DNA from: an uncultured Verrucomicrobiae bacterium
Lineage (GTDB): Bacteria > Chlamydiota > Chlamydiia > Chlamydiales > Rhabdochlamydiaceae
DNA: 64,000 nucleotides
Assembly (NCBI GenBank): GCA_963806855.1
Contig: CAWDYW010000001.1
Coordinates: forward strand, 64,001 to 128,000
Direction of reading: 5' to 3'
Below, in pieces: positions 49,815-60,009 of this stretch. Both the position numbers and the translations under genes were made by a program. Numbering within the stretch: the first letter of the stretch is position 1; each line of letters starts with the position of its first letter. The notes beneath the pieces were generated by a model, which did no database searches, was not told the DNA's origin, and was given only the letters and a program-made list of their open reading frames with translations.

Positions 49815-50693
49815 CGCGGCTTTACTTAGCATATGGCACATCTTCTCAAAGGATGGAGTGTTGATATTGAGCTCACCAAGCAGCTCTTTAAAACACTCCA
49901 TTTCTTTTAGGAAGACATTGGTCGCCCGCTCTTTTCCAAGCAGACGGGCCGCATTGATCTCACGCTGATTTTTCTCATCTTGGGCAAGATCTCCCAAATC
50001 ATCTGCAATCTGAAACGCCATTCCAAAATGATAGGCCGCTTTTTTGACTAAATCGAGTTGAGCGATCATCCCACCGCCAAAGAGCCAGCCAAAGACAAAT
50101 GCCGTCTCAAAAAGAGTCACCGTCTTTTTATAGAGAATCTCCTTGAGCATCTCCAAACTGTGATTGGGGGGATAAAGATCGAGAAATTGCCCCGATGTGG
50201 CCCCTAAAATCCCCGCGGCGCGACTCGCATGCTCCAGAGCAATACAGCAGACCGTCTCGGCAAAGCCAGAGAATGGGGGATCGGCCTGTTTCATCACTGT
50301 ACAATTTTCATGCAACTTTTCATAACCGGCAAAGATGAGCGAATAACTCGCCAAAAGGGCAACCGATTCCCCATAGGCTTTATGAAGAGAGGGCTTTTCG
50401 CGCCGCTCATCATCATTATCCATGCAGGGAAGATCGTCGGCAACCAGCGAAGCGGTATGCAAAAATTCGACAGCAAGAGCTGCAGGAGCCACATCCAAAT
50501 CGTGTCCTAGCCCATCAGCCACCATCATCACAATAATCGGGCGGAGCCGCTTGCCTCCGCTGAGCAGTGCATATTCACAAGCATCTCTCAACTTAGTTTT
50601 CTCTCCAAATGAGAGGATGCTCCTGGCGATTTCTTTTTCAATTTTATCGCGCAAAAGAAAAAATGAAGATCTATTAAGTGTTTCTGTTGTCAT
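49797..50693 (-). CDS. ispA: Polyprenyl (farnesyl/geranylgeranyl) diphosphate synthase
   Basis: [39 protein letters not shown]. Confidence 0.93.
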   Translation of the reverse strand: MTTETLNRSSFFLLRDKIEKEIARSILSFGEKTKLRDACEYALLSGGKRLRPIIVMMVADGLGHDLDVAPAALAVEFLHTASLVADDLPCMDNDDERREKPSLHKAYGESVALLASYSLIFAGYEKLHENCTVMKQADPPFSGFAETVCCIALEHASRAAGILGATSGQFLDLYPPNHSLEMLKEILYKKTVTLFETAFVFGWLFGGGMIAQLDLVKKAAYHFGMAFQIADDLGDLAQDEKNQREINAARLLGKERATNVFLKEMECFKELLGELNINTPSFEKMCHMLSKAALAYSG

Positions 50694-51304
50694 ATTTTTA
50701 TCACCGTAAGTGGATAGCCTAAACTTCCTTTGCCCATTACCGTACCTGGATTGGTCACCGCATTGCAACCAATTTGTGTCTCATCACCCAGGATCGCTCC
50801 TAACTTTTTCAAGCCAGTTAAAATCGCGCCGATTTTCACCTCGTTCTCATCGAGCCGCACATTCGCCAATTTCGCCCCAGCGCCCAAATTGACCCGATTG
50901 CCCAAAATCGAATCGCCTACATAGTTGAAATGGGCAGCGTGCACATCATCGAGCAAAATGGATCCCTTAACCTCTGTGGCATGCCCAATCACACACCGAT
51001 CTCCCGCCAAAACCCCGCCCCGAATATAGGCCCCATGCCGGATTTCGCAGTCCCGACCAATCAGACAGGGCCCCTTGATCAACGCCCCCGGCTCGACAAT
51101 CGTCCCCTTCCCAATAGAGATTTGCTCCGGATTAATCAAATAAACGCCATCGGGGATCGAACACTCAATTTTCCCAAGTTTTTGGCTTTCAAGATATTGG
51201 ATTAATTTTAAAAGAGCTTCCCAGGGATAAGTACACCCATCAAAGACCTTTCTATGGGCAAAAGATTCTAAATTAAAGATCGTATCTACTAAAAATTTTT
51301 CCAT
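50690..51304 (-). CDS. Hexapeptide-repeat acetyltransferase (GlmU C-terminal domain only)
   Basis: Left-handed beta-helix repeats; HFNYVGDSILGNRVNLGAG, KKLGAILGD. Confidence 0.85.
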   Translation of the reverse strand: MEKFLVDTIFNLESFAHRKVFDGCTYPWEALLKLIQYLESQKLGKIECSIPDGVYLINPEQISIGKGTIVEPGALIKGPCLIGRDCEIRHGAYIRGGVLAGDRCVIGHATEVKGSILLDDVHAAHFNYVGDSILGNRVNLGAGAKLANVRLDENEVKIGAILTGLKKLGAILGDETQIGCNAVTNPGTVMGKGSLGYPLTVIKI

Positions 51305-51493
51305 ACCCACCTCGATTGTAAGCCAAATCGCTTTATTTTTACAAAGAATACTCTTTATATATGTTATACTCTTCTTCTTCTGGGGATGTGGAAATGTTTA
51401 TAACCCCCTCATTTTCCTAGAGAAAGAAGCTGTTTACAACTTGTCAATCCACTGAAGACAAATTGAAGATAACCCAGGATATAAACACCCAAT

Positions 51494-52480
51494 ATGCAAG
51501 AAATCGACAGTCTATCAACAACCTTTCCCACAATCACGTTTGTTAATGGAAAAGAGAGCGGATGGCGCATCCGGGCCAAACTCGCCGTGCGGGGGACCAA
51601 AATTGGTCTCTTTAAACCAGGCACTCACGAAGTGGAAGATCTGATCGATTGCCCCGATCACCATCCGAGCATCAACGAGGCGCTCCATCGATTGCGGAAA
51701 GCCCCCTACACCCCTTACAATGAACAGACTTTAACCGGCGACCTCCGTTATGTGCAACTGACAGTTCAGCGTTCTACCGGAAAAGTGCAACTCGTCCTCG
51801 TCTCCAACGGAAAGGGAAAGTGCGATGCCCTAGTCGAAACACTCAAGAACGACGATTGGCATTCGATTTGGGTCAATGTTCAAGAAGGCTCGACGAATAC
51901 CATTTTCGGTCCAAACTGGGAATTGAAGATGGGGCCAACCTATTTAGAAGAGACCATTCTCGGCCGAAAATTCTATTTTCATCCAGCCTGTTTTGTCCAA
52001 GCCAACCTCGATCTATTTGAACAAATCCTACTCGATATCAAAAGTTGGGTGCTTCCAAATCAACACCTAACCGAATTCTACGCTGGCATTGGCGTCATTA
52101 GTCTAACCATAGCCGACCAGTGCCAATCGGCGATCCTGGTTGAAATTAACCCCTTTGCGGAAGGCTGTTTTAAGGAAAGCCGTCCGCCTCCGCACTTCCA
52201 TTTCTTTACCGGCCCGACAGAAAATTATCTCGATCGACTCAAAGAAGTCCTCATCGTCGACCCACCGCGCAAAGGCCTAGATCCAAAAGTCCTAAGCGCC
52301 CTCAAAGATTCATCTTTAAAGCAAATCCTCTACCTAAGTTGCAATTTCGAAACTCTGAAGAGAGATCTTGAAATTCTAAAGAGTTTTGGCTGGATAGTCC
52401 AACAGGCAAAAGGCTACCATCTATTTCCAAATACCGATCATGTCGAGTTGTTAGTCGATTTAAGAAAAAACGAGATATAG
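51494..52480 (+). CDS. RNA (uracil-5) methyltransferase, TrmA/RlmD family
   Basis: RIRAKLAV, FVQAN, FYAGIG, IVDPPRKGL, YLSCN, LFPNTDHVE. Confidence 0.9.
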   Translation: MQEIDSLSTTFPTITFVNGKESGWRIRAKLAVRGTKIGLFKPGTHEVEDLIDCPDHHPSINEALHRLRKAPYTPYNEQTLTGDLRYVQLTVQRSTGKVQLVLVSNGKGKCDALVETLKNDDWHSIWVNVQEGSTNTIFGPNWELKMGPTYLEETILGRKFYFHPACFVQANLDLFEQILLDIKSWVLPNQHLTEFYAGIGVISLTIADQCQSAILVEINPFAEGCFKESRPPPHFHFFTGPTENYLDRLKEVLIVDPPRKGLDPKVLSALKDSSLKQILYLSCNFETLKRDLEILKSFGWIVQQAKGYHLFPNTDHVELLVDLRKNEI

Positions 52481-52571
52481 TGCATGTGAAGACTAAAAAC
52501 CCTCTTTCTCTATAAATAAACCTATGCTAAAATAATAGGCATTTTAAACAAGCAACAAGAGAGAACCTATT

Positions 52572-53828
52572 ATGGATGCTATTCTTGGTTGGGCGGCTAA
52601 AGCTGTTGAGTACAGCAGAGGCGAGCCACTATTGTCCCAGTCCGCGGCACCACCGTCGGAGGATCGCGATGCAACAGCAAAAAAGATCGATGAAGCTCTG
52701 CGTAGACGTAGACGGGTCATCGACCGCGATAAGCCATATCTCTTGACCATAAGGAACGATCATGTAAGGCCGCGGAATGGCAAAGAAGCTCCGGTAATCG
52801 AGACAAGAGAAGTAACCGCCACAGAGGCCATAGAATCAAAATTACAGCGAGAATTGGGATATGCCAACACCAAAGAAAATAAACAAAAAGTCAAGAAAAG
52901 AGCTAATTTTTCTGAGCGCGGTAAAGAGTTTAATCTGGATCAAAAAGAGCTAAAAAGCACAATATCGTCGACTACCGGATATGATTTAGAAGTCGATGGT
53001 CGTAACCTCAAGTGCACCATTCAGCAAGCAACCGATATAGGTCTTAATCCTGATAGGCCTCAAAATGAGGACCGCCTATTTGTAAGTAAGATTAGCTTCA
53101 AAGCCGGCGGCTGTGAACATACAGCCGTCGTAACAGCCGTTATGGACGGCCATGGTGGAGAATTTTCTGCAGAAGGCGCGCATCGTAATCTCCTGCGCGA
53201 ACTAACTCAACGGTTAGAGTACTATAACGAAAAAGTCTTTGATGACGTAGGGGTATTCAATGCCCTAAAAAGGACACCCGTCTTGCTCGAAGATGATTTG
53301 CGGAGAGTAAATAATAAGGACGGAAGCGGTACGACCTTGAACTTGTCGGTGATTATTGACGGCAAGGACATCTGGACTGCAAATACTGGTGATTCGCGAG
53401 CCATTCTGGTCGAATTGACTGATGACCTACCTGTGATTACGCAGTTATCGCAAGATCAGGGTCCCAGAGTCCATCGATTCCAAAGAAATCTGGAGCGATT
53501 TGAATCATATGTAGCTATGGGCCGAGTTGATGGCTTTCTCGCCTTGGCGCGTGGCCTCGGAGCATATGGAGGTTATTATCACTTCACGTCGAGGCCAAAA
53601 GTCATCAAAGTGCCTGTCCCTAGATCGGGTAAATTTGCGGTTGTTCAGGCGTCCGACGGGATGTGGGACGTGATGAGTTCTGAGGCAACCGGCAAAGCTG
53701 TTGCGAAGGCGTTTAAGGAAAATCAACAGAACATCGCGGGTCGACTGATTGCAAAAGCGCTAGCACCCGACAGAGGCTCGTCAGACAACGTGTCCGTGAT
53801 TTTCTCCACTTACCAAGCGGGCGCATAA
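52572..53828 (+). CDS. PP2C-type Ser/Thr phosphatase with ~140-aa N-terminal extension, candidate effector
   Basis: NEDR, VMDGHGG, SGTT, ANTGDSRA, ASDGMWD, GSSDNVSV. Confidence 0.88.
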   Translation: MDAILGWAAKAVEYSRGEPLLSQSAAPPSEDRDATAKKIDEALRRRRRVIDRDKPYLLTIRNDHVRPRNGKEAPVIETREVTATEAIESKLQRELGYANTKENKQKVKKRANFSERGKEFNLDQKELKSTISSTTGYDLEVDGRNLKCTIQQATDIGLNPDRPQNEDRLFVSKISFKAGGCEHTAVVTAVMDGHGGEFSAEGAHRNLLRELTQRLEYYNEKVFDDVGVFNALKRTPVLLEDDLRRVNNKDGSGTTLNLSVIIDGKDIWTANTGDSRAILVELTDDLPVITQLSQDQGPRVHRFQRNLERFESYVAMGRVDGFLALARGLGAYGGYYHFTSRPKVIKVPVPRSGKFAVVQASDGMWDVMSSEATGKAVAKAFKENQQNIAGRLIAKALAPDRGSSDNVSVIFSTYQAGA

Positions 53829-53829
53829 T

Positions 53830-54248
53830 AAAATTGGGTGCTGCCCAATCGAGATCACGCCGAATTCTACGCTGGCATTGGCATCATAAGTCTAACGCTT
53901 GCCGACCAGTGCCAATCGGCGACCCTCGTTGAAATTAACCCCTTTGCTGAGGCTTGCCTTAAGGAAGGCCTCCCACCTTCGCACTTCCATTTCTTTACCG
54001 GCCCGACAGAAAATTATCTCGATCAACTCAAAGAAGTCCTCATCGTCGATCCGCTGCGCAAAGGACTAGATCCAAAAGCCCTCAATGCGATTAAAGATTC
54101 CTCACTATACCGAAACAACCTGAAGAAAGATCTTGAGGTTTTAAAAAGTTCTGGCTGGATATTCCAACAGGCAAAAGGCTACCACTTATTTCCAAATACC
54201 AATCATGTCGAGTTGTTAGTCGACTTAAGAAAAAACCTATCGACATGA
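53830..54248 (+). pseudogene. Duplicated, decayed 3' part of the RlmD-like gene
   Basis: Colinear with 52040-52471; DPPR changed to DPLR and catalytic YLSC segment deleted. Confidence 0.92.
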
Positions 54249-54301
54249 TGCTGTCGATCATATCGTGGATATCCACGATATGATCGACAATATCGTGTCG
54301 A
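54240..54301. repeat. Long palindrome with a perfect 38-bp core (54252-54289)
   Basis: TGTCGATCATATCGTGGAT|ATCCACGATATGATCGACA; 32/36 identical to dinD coding sequence 54595-54630. Confidence 0.95.
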
Positions 54302-54349
54302 AGTGATTTTAAAAACGGTAAAGGACAAAAAAAAACGATAAATTTTTAC

Positions 54350-54402
54350 TTGTCAAACGAGGGTGCTTTTTGTTATCATTTCACCCCCTTATCAATAGGA
54401 GG
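54350..54402 (+). promoter_or_regulatory. Sigma66-type promoter and RBS of dinD
   Basis: TTGTCA-18bp-TATCAT with TGn extension; AGGAGG before the GTG. Confidence 0.6.
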
Positions 54403-54409
54403 TATTGCG

Positions 54410-55252
54410 GTGACTAGAGATTTAATTGAAGTAGCCCATCATCAAACATTTGAATCACTTAAACAAACTGAAGATGAGATTGAGTTTTGGAGTGCGCGCA
54501 AATTGGCAAAGGCACTTGAATACCTTGAGTATCGCAATTTTTTACCAGTTATTGAGAAGGCTAAAGAGGCATGCAAAAATAGCGGACACACTATTGTCGA
54601 TCATTTCATGGATATTCACGAAATGATCGAAATTGGAAAGGGAGGTCAACGGAAAGTAGCCGATGTCAAACTATCACGATATGCTTGCTATTTGATTGTG
54701 CAGAATGGTGATCCAGCGAAGCCAGTAATCGCTAATGGGCAAACTTATTTTGCTATTCAAACACGTCGACAAGAGCTCTCAAACGATCAAGCTTTTCTAC
54801 AGTTAAAAGAAGATGAAAAGCGTATTTTTCTCAGAAAAGAGCTTCAAGAGCACAATAGACAACTTGTTGAAACTGCACAACAGGCGGGTGTTGAAACTGA
54901 TTATGACTTTGCCATTTTTCAAAATCATGGTTATCGAGGTCTTTATGGTGGATTAGATGCAAAAGGTATACATGAACATAAAGGACTGAAAAAAGGGCAA
55001 AAGATTTTGGATCATATGGGGAGTACAGAACTGGCAGCTAATCTCTTCAGAGCTACACAAACAGAAGAAAAATTGCGCAGGGAAAATATCCAAGGAAAAA
55101 CCAAAGCTAATCGAACTCATTATGAAGTTGGTAAAAAAGTGCGCCAAACTATAGAGGATTTGGGGGGAACGATGCCGGAAGAATTGCCTGCAGAAAAAAA
55201 GGATGTAAAGCAATTGGAAAGAGAATTAAAAAATCTTATAAGTAACAAATAA
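54410..55252 (+). CDS. dinD: DNA damage-inducible protein D (BRO-like N-terminal domain)
   Basis: EFWSARKL, LSRYACYLIVQNGDP, QTYFAIQTRRQE, FQNHGYRGLYGG, ILDHMGSTELAANLFRATQ, GGTMPEELP. Confidence 0.93.
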   Translation: MTRDLIEVAHHQTFESLKQTEDEIEFWSARKLAKALEYLEYRNFLPVIEKAKEACKNSGHTIVDHFMDIHEMIEIGKGGQRKVADVKLSRYACYLIVQNGDPAKPVIANGQTYFAIQTRRQELSNDQAFLQLKEDEKRIFLRKELQEHNRQLVETAQQAGVETDYDFAIFQNHGYRGLYGGLDAKGIHEHKGLKKGQKILDHMGSTELAANLFRATQTEEKLRRENIQGKTKANRTHYEVGKKVRQTIEDLGGTMPEELPAEKKDVKQLERELKNLISNK

Positions 55253-55546
55253 TCTGCACATATTGTTTTATAATCGACTTTGGACATTTTTGGCCGTTAC
55301 CGATACCGGACTGGCTGAGCTCTTGAATCGATAGCGGTCACGTGGAGTGCTTCCAATTTCAATAAGGCTCGCAAAGGGATTGATCCCTAGGAACATAGGC
55401 CAACCTGTTCTGATGGCACCATTCAACTGCTATTTCGCGTAATTCTATTACCAAACTTACTGATATACAACCTTTTCAGCCAAGACCGCGTGAAGTGCTT
55501 GTTGGGCTTTTACAAAACATGGTAAACTATTGTAAAGAAGAGTTGT

Positions 55547-56329
55547 ATGAAGCCATCTTATTTAAATTTATGTACTGAATTTTATGATCTAACCAAACCA
55601 GAAGCAGGGCTTAGGGAAGTCGCTTTTTATGAGGCTCTTATACGCGCTTCAAAGGGTCCTGTTCTCGAAGCTATGTGCGGGTCTGGGAGGCTTCTGATTC
55701 CTTTGCTTAAGAGAGGGCTTGCTGTAAGTGGTGTCGACAACTCTAGTCATATGCTGAAGAGCTGTCAAAAGCGTTGCAAAGAACAGAGTGTTCATGTTCA
55801 GCTCTATAACCAACCGCTTCAAAGACTTTCTTTACCGCAAAAGTACGATTTGATTTTTATCGCAACTGGATCATTCCAGCTCATTCAGGAGCAGACAGAA
55901 GCTCTAAAAATCTTGAAAACCTTAGCCACGGCGCTACTGCCTGGAGGAAGATTAGTTCTTGAGACATTCACTTCCTGGGATGCGATCAAAGACAACATTA
56001 ATGGGAGCATTCTTTCTGATCAATCGAGAGAAATTACAATTGAAAGAACTGCCAGCTCTCAGGATGGCTTTGAGATTATCAACCAGTCAAAAGCGACCGT
56101 TAATTTCAAAGAGCAACTCGAAATCATCCAAACACGGTATGAAAAATGGGCTGATGGCAAATTGATCCATGCAGAGGAAGAAGAATATGCTTTGAGATGG
56201 TACCACCGATATGAGATGGAGCTTTTTTTAGAAAAGGCAGGATTCTCTTCAGTGAAAATCATCGATGAGTCCTTTGAACAAAATGAACAGGCTGTTGTGT
56301 ATGTAGCTCTTAAGCCGGAGAAAGAATGA
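55547..56329 (+). CDS. Class I SAM-dependent methyltransferase
   Basis: VLEAMCGSGRL, GVDNSSHML, LLPGGRLVLE. Confidence 0.9.
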   Translation: MKPSYLNLCTEFYDLTKPEAGLREVAFYEALIRASKGPVLEAMCGSGRLLIPLLKRGLAVSGVDNSSHMLKSCQKRCKEQSVHVQLYNQPLQRLSLPQKYDLIFIATGSFQLIQEQTEALKILKTLATALLPGGRLVLETFTSWDAIKDNINGSILSDQSREITIERTASSQDGFEIINQSKATVNFKEQLEIIQTRYEKWADGKLIHAEEEEYALRWYHRYEMELFLEKAGFSSVKIIDESFEQNEQAVVYVALKPEKE

Positions 56330-57360
56330 TCGCCGATATAGAAGTAATCTTCCCACATGAAGAAAATCGAATCATGATCCCTAGTCTTAACTTCCTTTCC
56401 TCTATGATGCAGCTTTATCGCATTCCAGGAATATCGCTGGCAGTGATACAAGGGCAGACTATTACGACTTTTGATTGGGGTGTCAAAAACAGCTCCTTAG
56501 CTGACCTGATCACTTCGTCGACGGTGTTTGAAGCAGCGTCCTTAACCAAACCCCTCGTAGCTTACCTCGCTTTAAAACTGTGCAAAAAGGGGATGCTGGA
56601 GCTGGATCGACCACTGCCTCTGTTAGAAGAAAATTTACCACCCATCACTCTCCGTCAGATTTTATCCCACACCGCTGGATTCCCAACAGAGAATCGCAAA
56701 GCAGGCGATCCCCTGTGCTTTATTTCTCTGCCAGGAAGCTATTTCGCTTACTCTGGGGAAGGCTTTTGCTATCTCGGCCGTGTGATAGAGCATCTAACTA
56801 ACACTCCTCTAGCTTCCTTAACGCGAGAGCTTGTTTTCAAACCTCTTCACATGGAGGAAAGCAGTCTGATTTGGGAAGAGAAATACAATGCACAAGCGGC
56901 TTCTCCTCATAGCAGAATAGAGCAGCCAACAGAAAAATGGAAACCTACTCAAGCCATTGCCTCATTCAGTTTGCATACGACAGCTTCCGACTTTGCAAAA
57001 TTTATGATCGGGATTAAGGCATTTCCAGAAATGTCAGTTGTAAGTCACCGAGTGAATGACTCCATCGGTTGGGGCTTGGGATGGGGGATTGAAATGACGC
57101 CTGATGGGAACCATGCCATTTGGCACTCGGGAGACAATGGTACCTTTCAATGTTTGGCCTTTCAGAATAAACAGATCGGTTTTGTCATCATGACAAATAG
57201 TGCCAACGGAATGAAGATTTATAGGCATATTTTCGATCTTATGATTGGCGGCAATCATCCCTTGCTCGACTGGGAGCAATTCGATGCCCGTGCAATAGAA
57301 GATTTAGATGAAGAGTTTCTTGCAAATTGGTGGAAAATCTATTTTCATGGCGGTCTATGA
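56326..57360 (+). CDS. Serine hydrolase, class C beta-lactamase-like
   Basis: FEAASLTK (SxxK), LSHTAG, YSGEG, WHSGDN. Confidence 0.88.
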   Translation: MIADIEVIFPHEENRIMIPSLNFLSSMMQLYRIPGISLAVIQGQTITTFDWGVKNSSLADLITSSTVFEAASLTKPLVAYLALKLCKKGMLELDRPLPLLEENLPPITLRQILSHTAGFPTENRKAGDPLCFISLPGSYFAYSGEGFCYLGRVIEHLTNTPLASLTRELVFKPLHMEESSLIWEEKYNAQAASPHSRIEQPTEKWKPTQAIASFSLHTTASDFAKFMIGIKAFPEMSVVSHRVNDSIGWGLGWGIEMTPDGNHAIWHSGDNGTFQCLAFQNKQIGFVIMTNSANGMKIYRHIFDLMIGGNHPLLDWEQFDARAIEDLDEEFLANWWKIYFHGGL

Positions 57361-57438
57361 AATGAAAGATGTGGCCGACTGAAACTCTTGTCTTAAAAGT
57401 GCTTGGCGCTTTGAATGAACAAAAATAGGACCTTGAAA

Positions 57439-57897
57439 ATGAATCATTACATATTGGAATTTGTCGATCAACTTCCCGAAGATGTGGAAGAAAAGATGAA
57501 TAAGGATCTCGTAGAATATGAAAGCAGCCATGGCATTGATGTAAATTATAAAAAATTCTCGGTTGTTCTCAGGGATAGAGAAGGTGAGGTGTTCGGAGTT
57601 ATAAATGCTTTCACTGCATTTGCAGAGGTATACGTTGACGATATCTGGGTCTCTAAACCTTTTCGTGGAAAAGGCTTTGGAAAAAAATTGCTGCAAGCAC
57701 TCGAAAATCATTTCAAAGGCAAAGGATTCAATAATATTAACCTCGTCACAAGTGCATTTCAAGCGCCCACGTTTTACAAAAAGTGTGGATTCGCAGTGGA
57801 GTTCGTGAGAGAAAATAAAAAAAACCCAAAGCTTACTAAAACTTTTTTCATAAAATATTTTGATGATGAAGCGCAGACACAAGGCATTTTAAAATAA
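57439..57897 (+). CDS. GNAT family N-acetyltransferase
   Basis: IWVSKPFRGKGFGKKLL, FQAPTFYKKCGF. Confidence 0.9.
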   Translation: MNHYILEFVDQLPEDVEEKMNKDLVEYESSHGIDVNYKKFSVVLRDREGEVFGVINAFTAFAEVYVDDIWVSKPFRGKGFGKKLLQALENHFKGKGFNNINLVTSAFQAPTFYKKCGFAVEFVRENKKNPKLTKTFFIKYFDDEAQTQGILK

Positions 57898-58118
57898 GCA
57901 AAAGGGGGCGTCCTAAATGTTCTACTTTGATGCAAAAGGGCATGAAAAATATTGAGGTGCTGTCGCTGCTCAACCTCCTTGAAAAATGGTATACAGTTGA
58001 AGCGCTCTTCCAAAGTCTAAAGAACTTAAGACCTCCCATAACCTCCAATGTCGTTCTCGAAGATTTTTATGACAGGCACATTCTTGTTGATGGGCAATCT
58101 TGAGCTTAAAATGTCTAA

Positions 58119-59966
58119 TTATTCCATCATTTTTTTTGGTGGCTTAAGAGTAAACCATCCTAGGCCAAGAGCTAATAGGGCAAAGATTCCTATCCCCACG
58201 CTATCGGGAAGAAGGGGGGCCTTTTCTGCTTGGATGACTCCTAAAACAGCGAGAAGTGCTAAGATCACGCCCATACACGCATCTCCAGCAACAAGTCCAG
58301 AGGATGTTAAAATACCGCGCGCGTGGACCTTTTCTTTGTTGGATAGTTTGCGGACAAAATATGAGACCAGACCACCCACCATGATCGGTGTGCTGAGCGA
58401 AAGAGGGAGATACAGTCCCACAGCAAAAGGAAGAATAGGCACCCGAACAAGCTCTAAGATGAGCCCAATCACAACCCCAACGGATACAAGAATAAAAGGA
58501 ATATCCCCTTGGATCACCCCTTTTGCAATGAGGGCCATCATCGTTCCTTGCGGAGCCGGAAGCTCCTTCGACCCAAACCCAAACGCTTCATTTAAAAGAA
58601 AAACGGTCCCACCGATCGCCAAAGCGGGAATGAAAACCCCGATGATTTCTGCGAGCTGCTGCGCTCTTGGCGTTGCTCCGAGAATATATCCTGTCTTCAA
58701 ATCTTGCGAAGTTGTTCCCGCAAGGCAAATCGCAACGTTCACAACAATGGCCATCGTCAGAGCGGCAAGAAGGTAGAACCGCTCAGTCCATCCCAGCGCC
58801 ACAAAAATAAGGCAGGTAATCAGGAGAGTCGTAATGGTCATCCCCGAGACCGGATTGGACGTGCTTCCAACGATTCCCACTGTCAGCGACGTCACAGCGA
58901 CAAAGAAAAATCCCAAAATCATCAGCAAGATAATTGTCGTGAGATTCATCTTAAAGGCAGGAACCAGCCATAGGGTGATAAAGATCGCCACCGATCCCAA
59001 AATGAGCCACTTTAATGAAATATCTTTGTCTGTACGAGCGATTCGTCCTGAGGTTTTAGTTTGAAACAGCTCTTTCACACCATGGTGGATCGTTTTCCAG
59101 ATAATCGGTGCAATATGAACAAGCGAAAGCAGACCGCCTATTGCCACAGCACCGGCTCCGATATACCGAATATAGTTTGACCAAATGTCATCGGCAGACA
59201 TCTGTGTAACAGAAGTTGTTCCCGGGTAAATTGCATCAATCGACAATCCAAACATTTTAATGAGAGGAATGAAAACCCACCAACCAACAGCTCCGCCCGC
59301 AAACACCACCGACGCAATGCGTGGACCGATGATATAGCCAACTCCGAGCAGAGCAGGTGTCGCATCAATACTAATCTTGGTCTTCTCAAACCACGGGATC
59401 ACCCAGTTGAACGTCTCACGAAAAAGATGAAGACCATTACAGGCAAACTTGTAAACAGCGCCGACACCGATCCCAATGAGCGCCATAAGCGCCTGGGGAC
59501 CGCTACGCTCTCCCGACTTTAAAATCTCAGCGCAAGCTGTACCCTCGGGGAAGGGGAGCTTTCCATGTTCCTTCACGATGATGTATCGACGCATCGGAAT
59601 CATCAGAAGAACGCCTAAGATCCCTCCCAAGCTGGCCAAAATAAAAATCTTGAGAGGCGAAATCGGATCTCCCAATAGATAGAGTGCAGGCACTGTAAAC
59701 ACAACGCCGCCTGCGAGCCCCTCACCAACCGAGGCAATCGTCTGCACAAGATTGTTTTCCAAGATCGTCACGCGTTTAAAAAACGTCCGCAAGATCGCCA
59801 TGGATAGCACCGCAGCTGGAATCGATGCCGACACCGTCGTGCCCACTTTGAGCGCAAGATATGCATTTCCAACTGCAAAAACCAATCCTAAGACCAGTCC
59901 CAACACAACCGATTTCAAAGAAAATTCTTTTACTTTGGCACTAGGAGCAACATAAGGTTCAAACAT
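58119..59966 (-). CDS. OPT family oligopeptide transporter
   Basis: YLALKVGTTVSASIPAAV, ENNLVQT, LPFPEG, SNPVSG, QDLKTG, LPAPQ. Confidence 0.95.
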   Translation of the reverse strand: MFEPYVAPSAKVKEFSLKSVVLGLVLGLVFAVGNAYLALKVGTTVSASIPAAVLSMAILRTFFKRVTILENNLVQTIASVGEGLAGGVVFTVPALYLLGDPISPLKIFILASLGGILGVLLMIPMRRYIIVKEHGKLPFPEGTACAEILKSGERSGPQALMALIGIGVGAVYKFACNGLHLFRETFNWVIPWFEKTKISIDATPALLGVGYIIGPRIASVVFAGGAVGWWVFIPLIKMFGLSIDAIYPGTTSVTQMSADDIWSNYIRYIGAGAVAIGGLLSLVHIAPIIWKTIHHGVKELFQTKTSGRIARTDKDISLKWLILGSVAIFITLWLVPAFKMNLTTIILLMILGFFFVAVTSLTVGIVGSTSNPVSGMTITTLLITCLIFVALGWTERFYLLAALTMAIVVNVAICLAGTTSQDLKTGYILGATPRAQQLAEIIGVFIPALAIGGTVFLLNEAFGFGSKELPAPQGTMMALIAKGVIQGDIPFILVSVGVVIGLILELVRVPILPFAVGLYLPLSLSTPIMVGGLVSYFVRKLSNKEKVHARGILTSSGLVAGDACMGVILALLAVLGVIQAEKAPLLPDSVGIGIFALLALGLGWFTLKPPKKMME

Positions 59967-60009
59967 AAACCTTCTTCTATCTCAGCATTCATTTTTAGTG
60001 CCACAGATT

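Noticed and set aside
55270..55445. Minus-strand fragment LREIAVEWCHQNRLAY, possible gene remnant
   Set aside because: Too short, with no start or convincing family assignment
55438..55470. IS1-like terminal repeat (CCAAACTTACTGAT)
   Set aside because: Short partial resemblance only; no partner end or transposase
58048..58776. 242-aa plus-strand ORF and other long antisense ORFs (e.g. 4017-4679, 12375-12959, 46807-47430)
   Set aside because: Antisense shadows of well-supported genes
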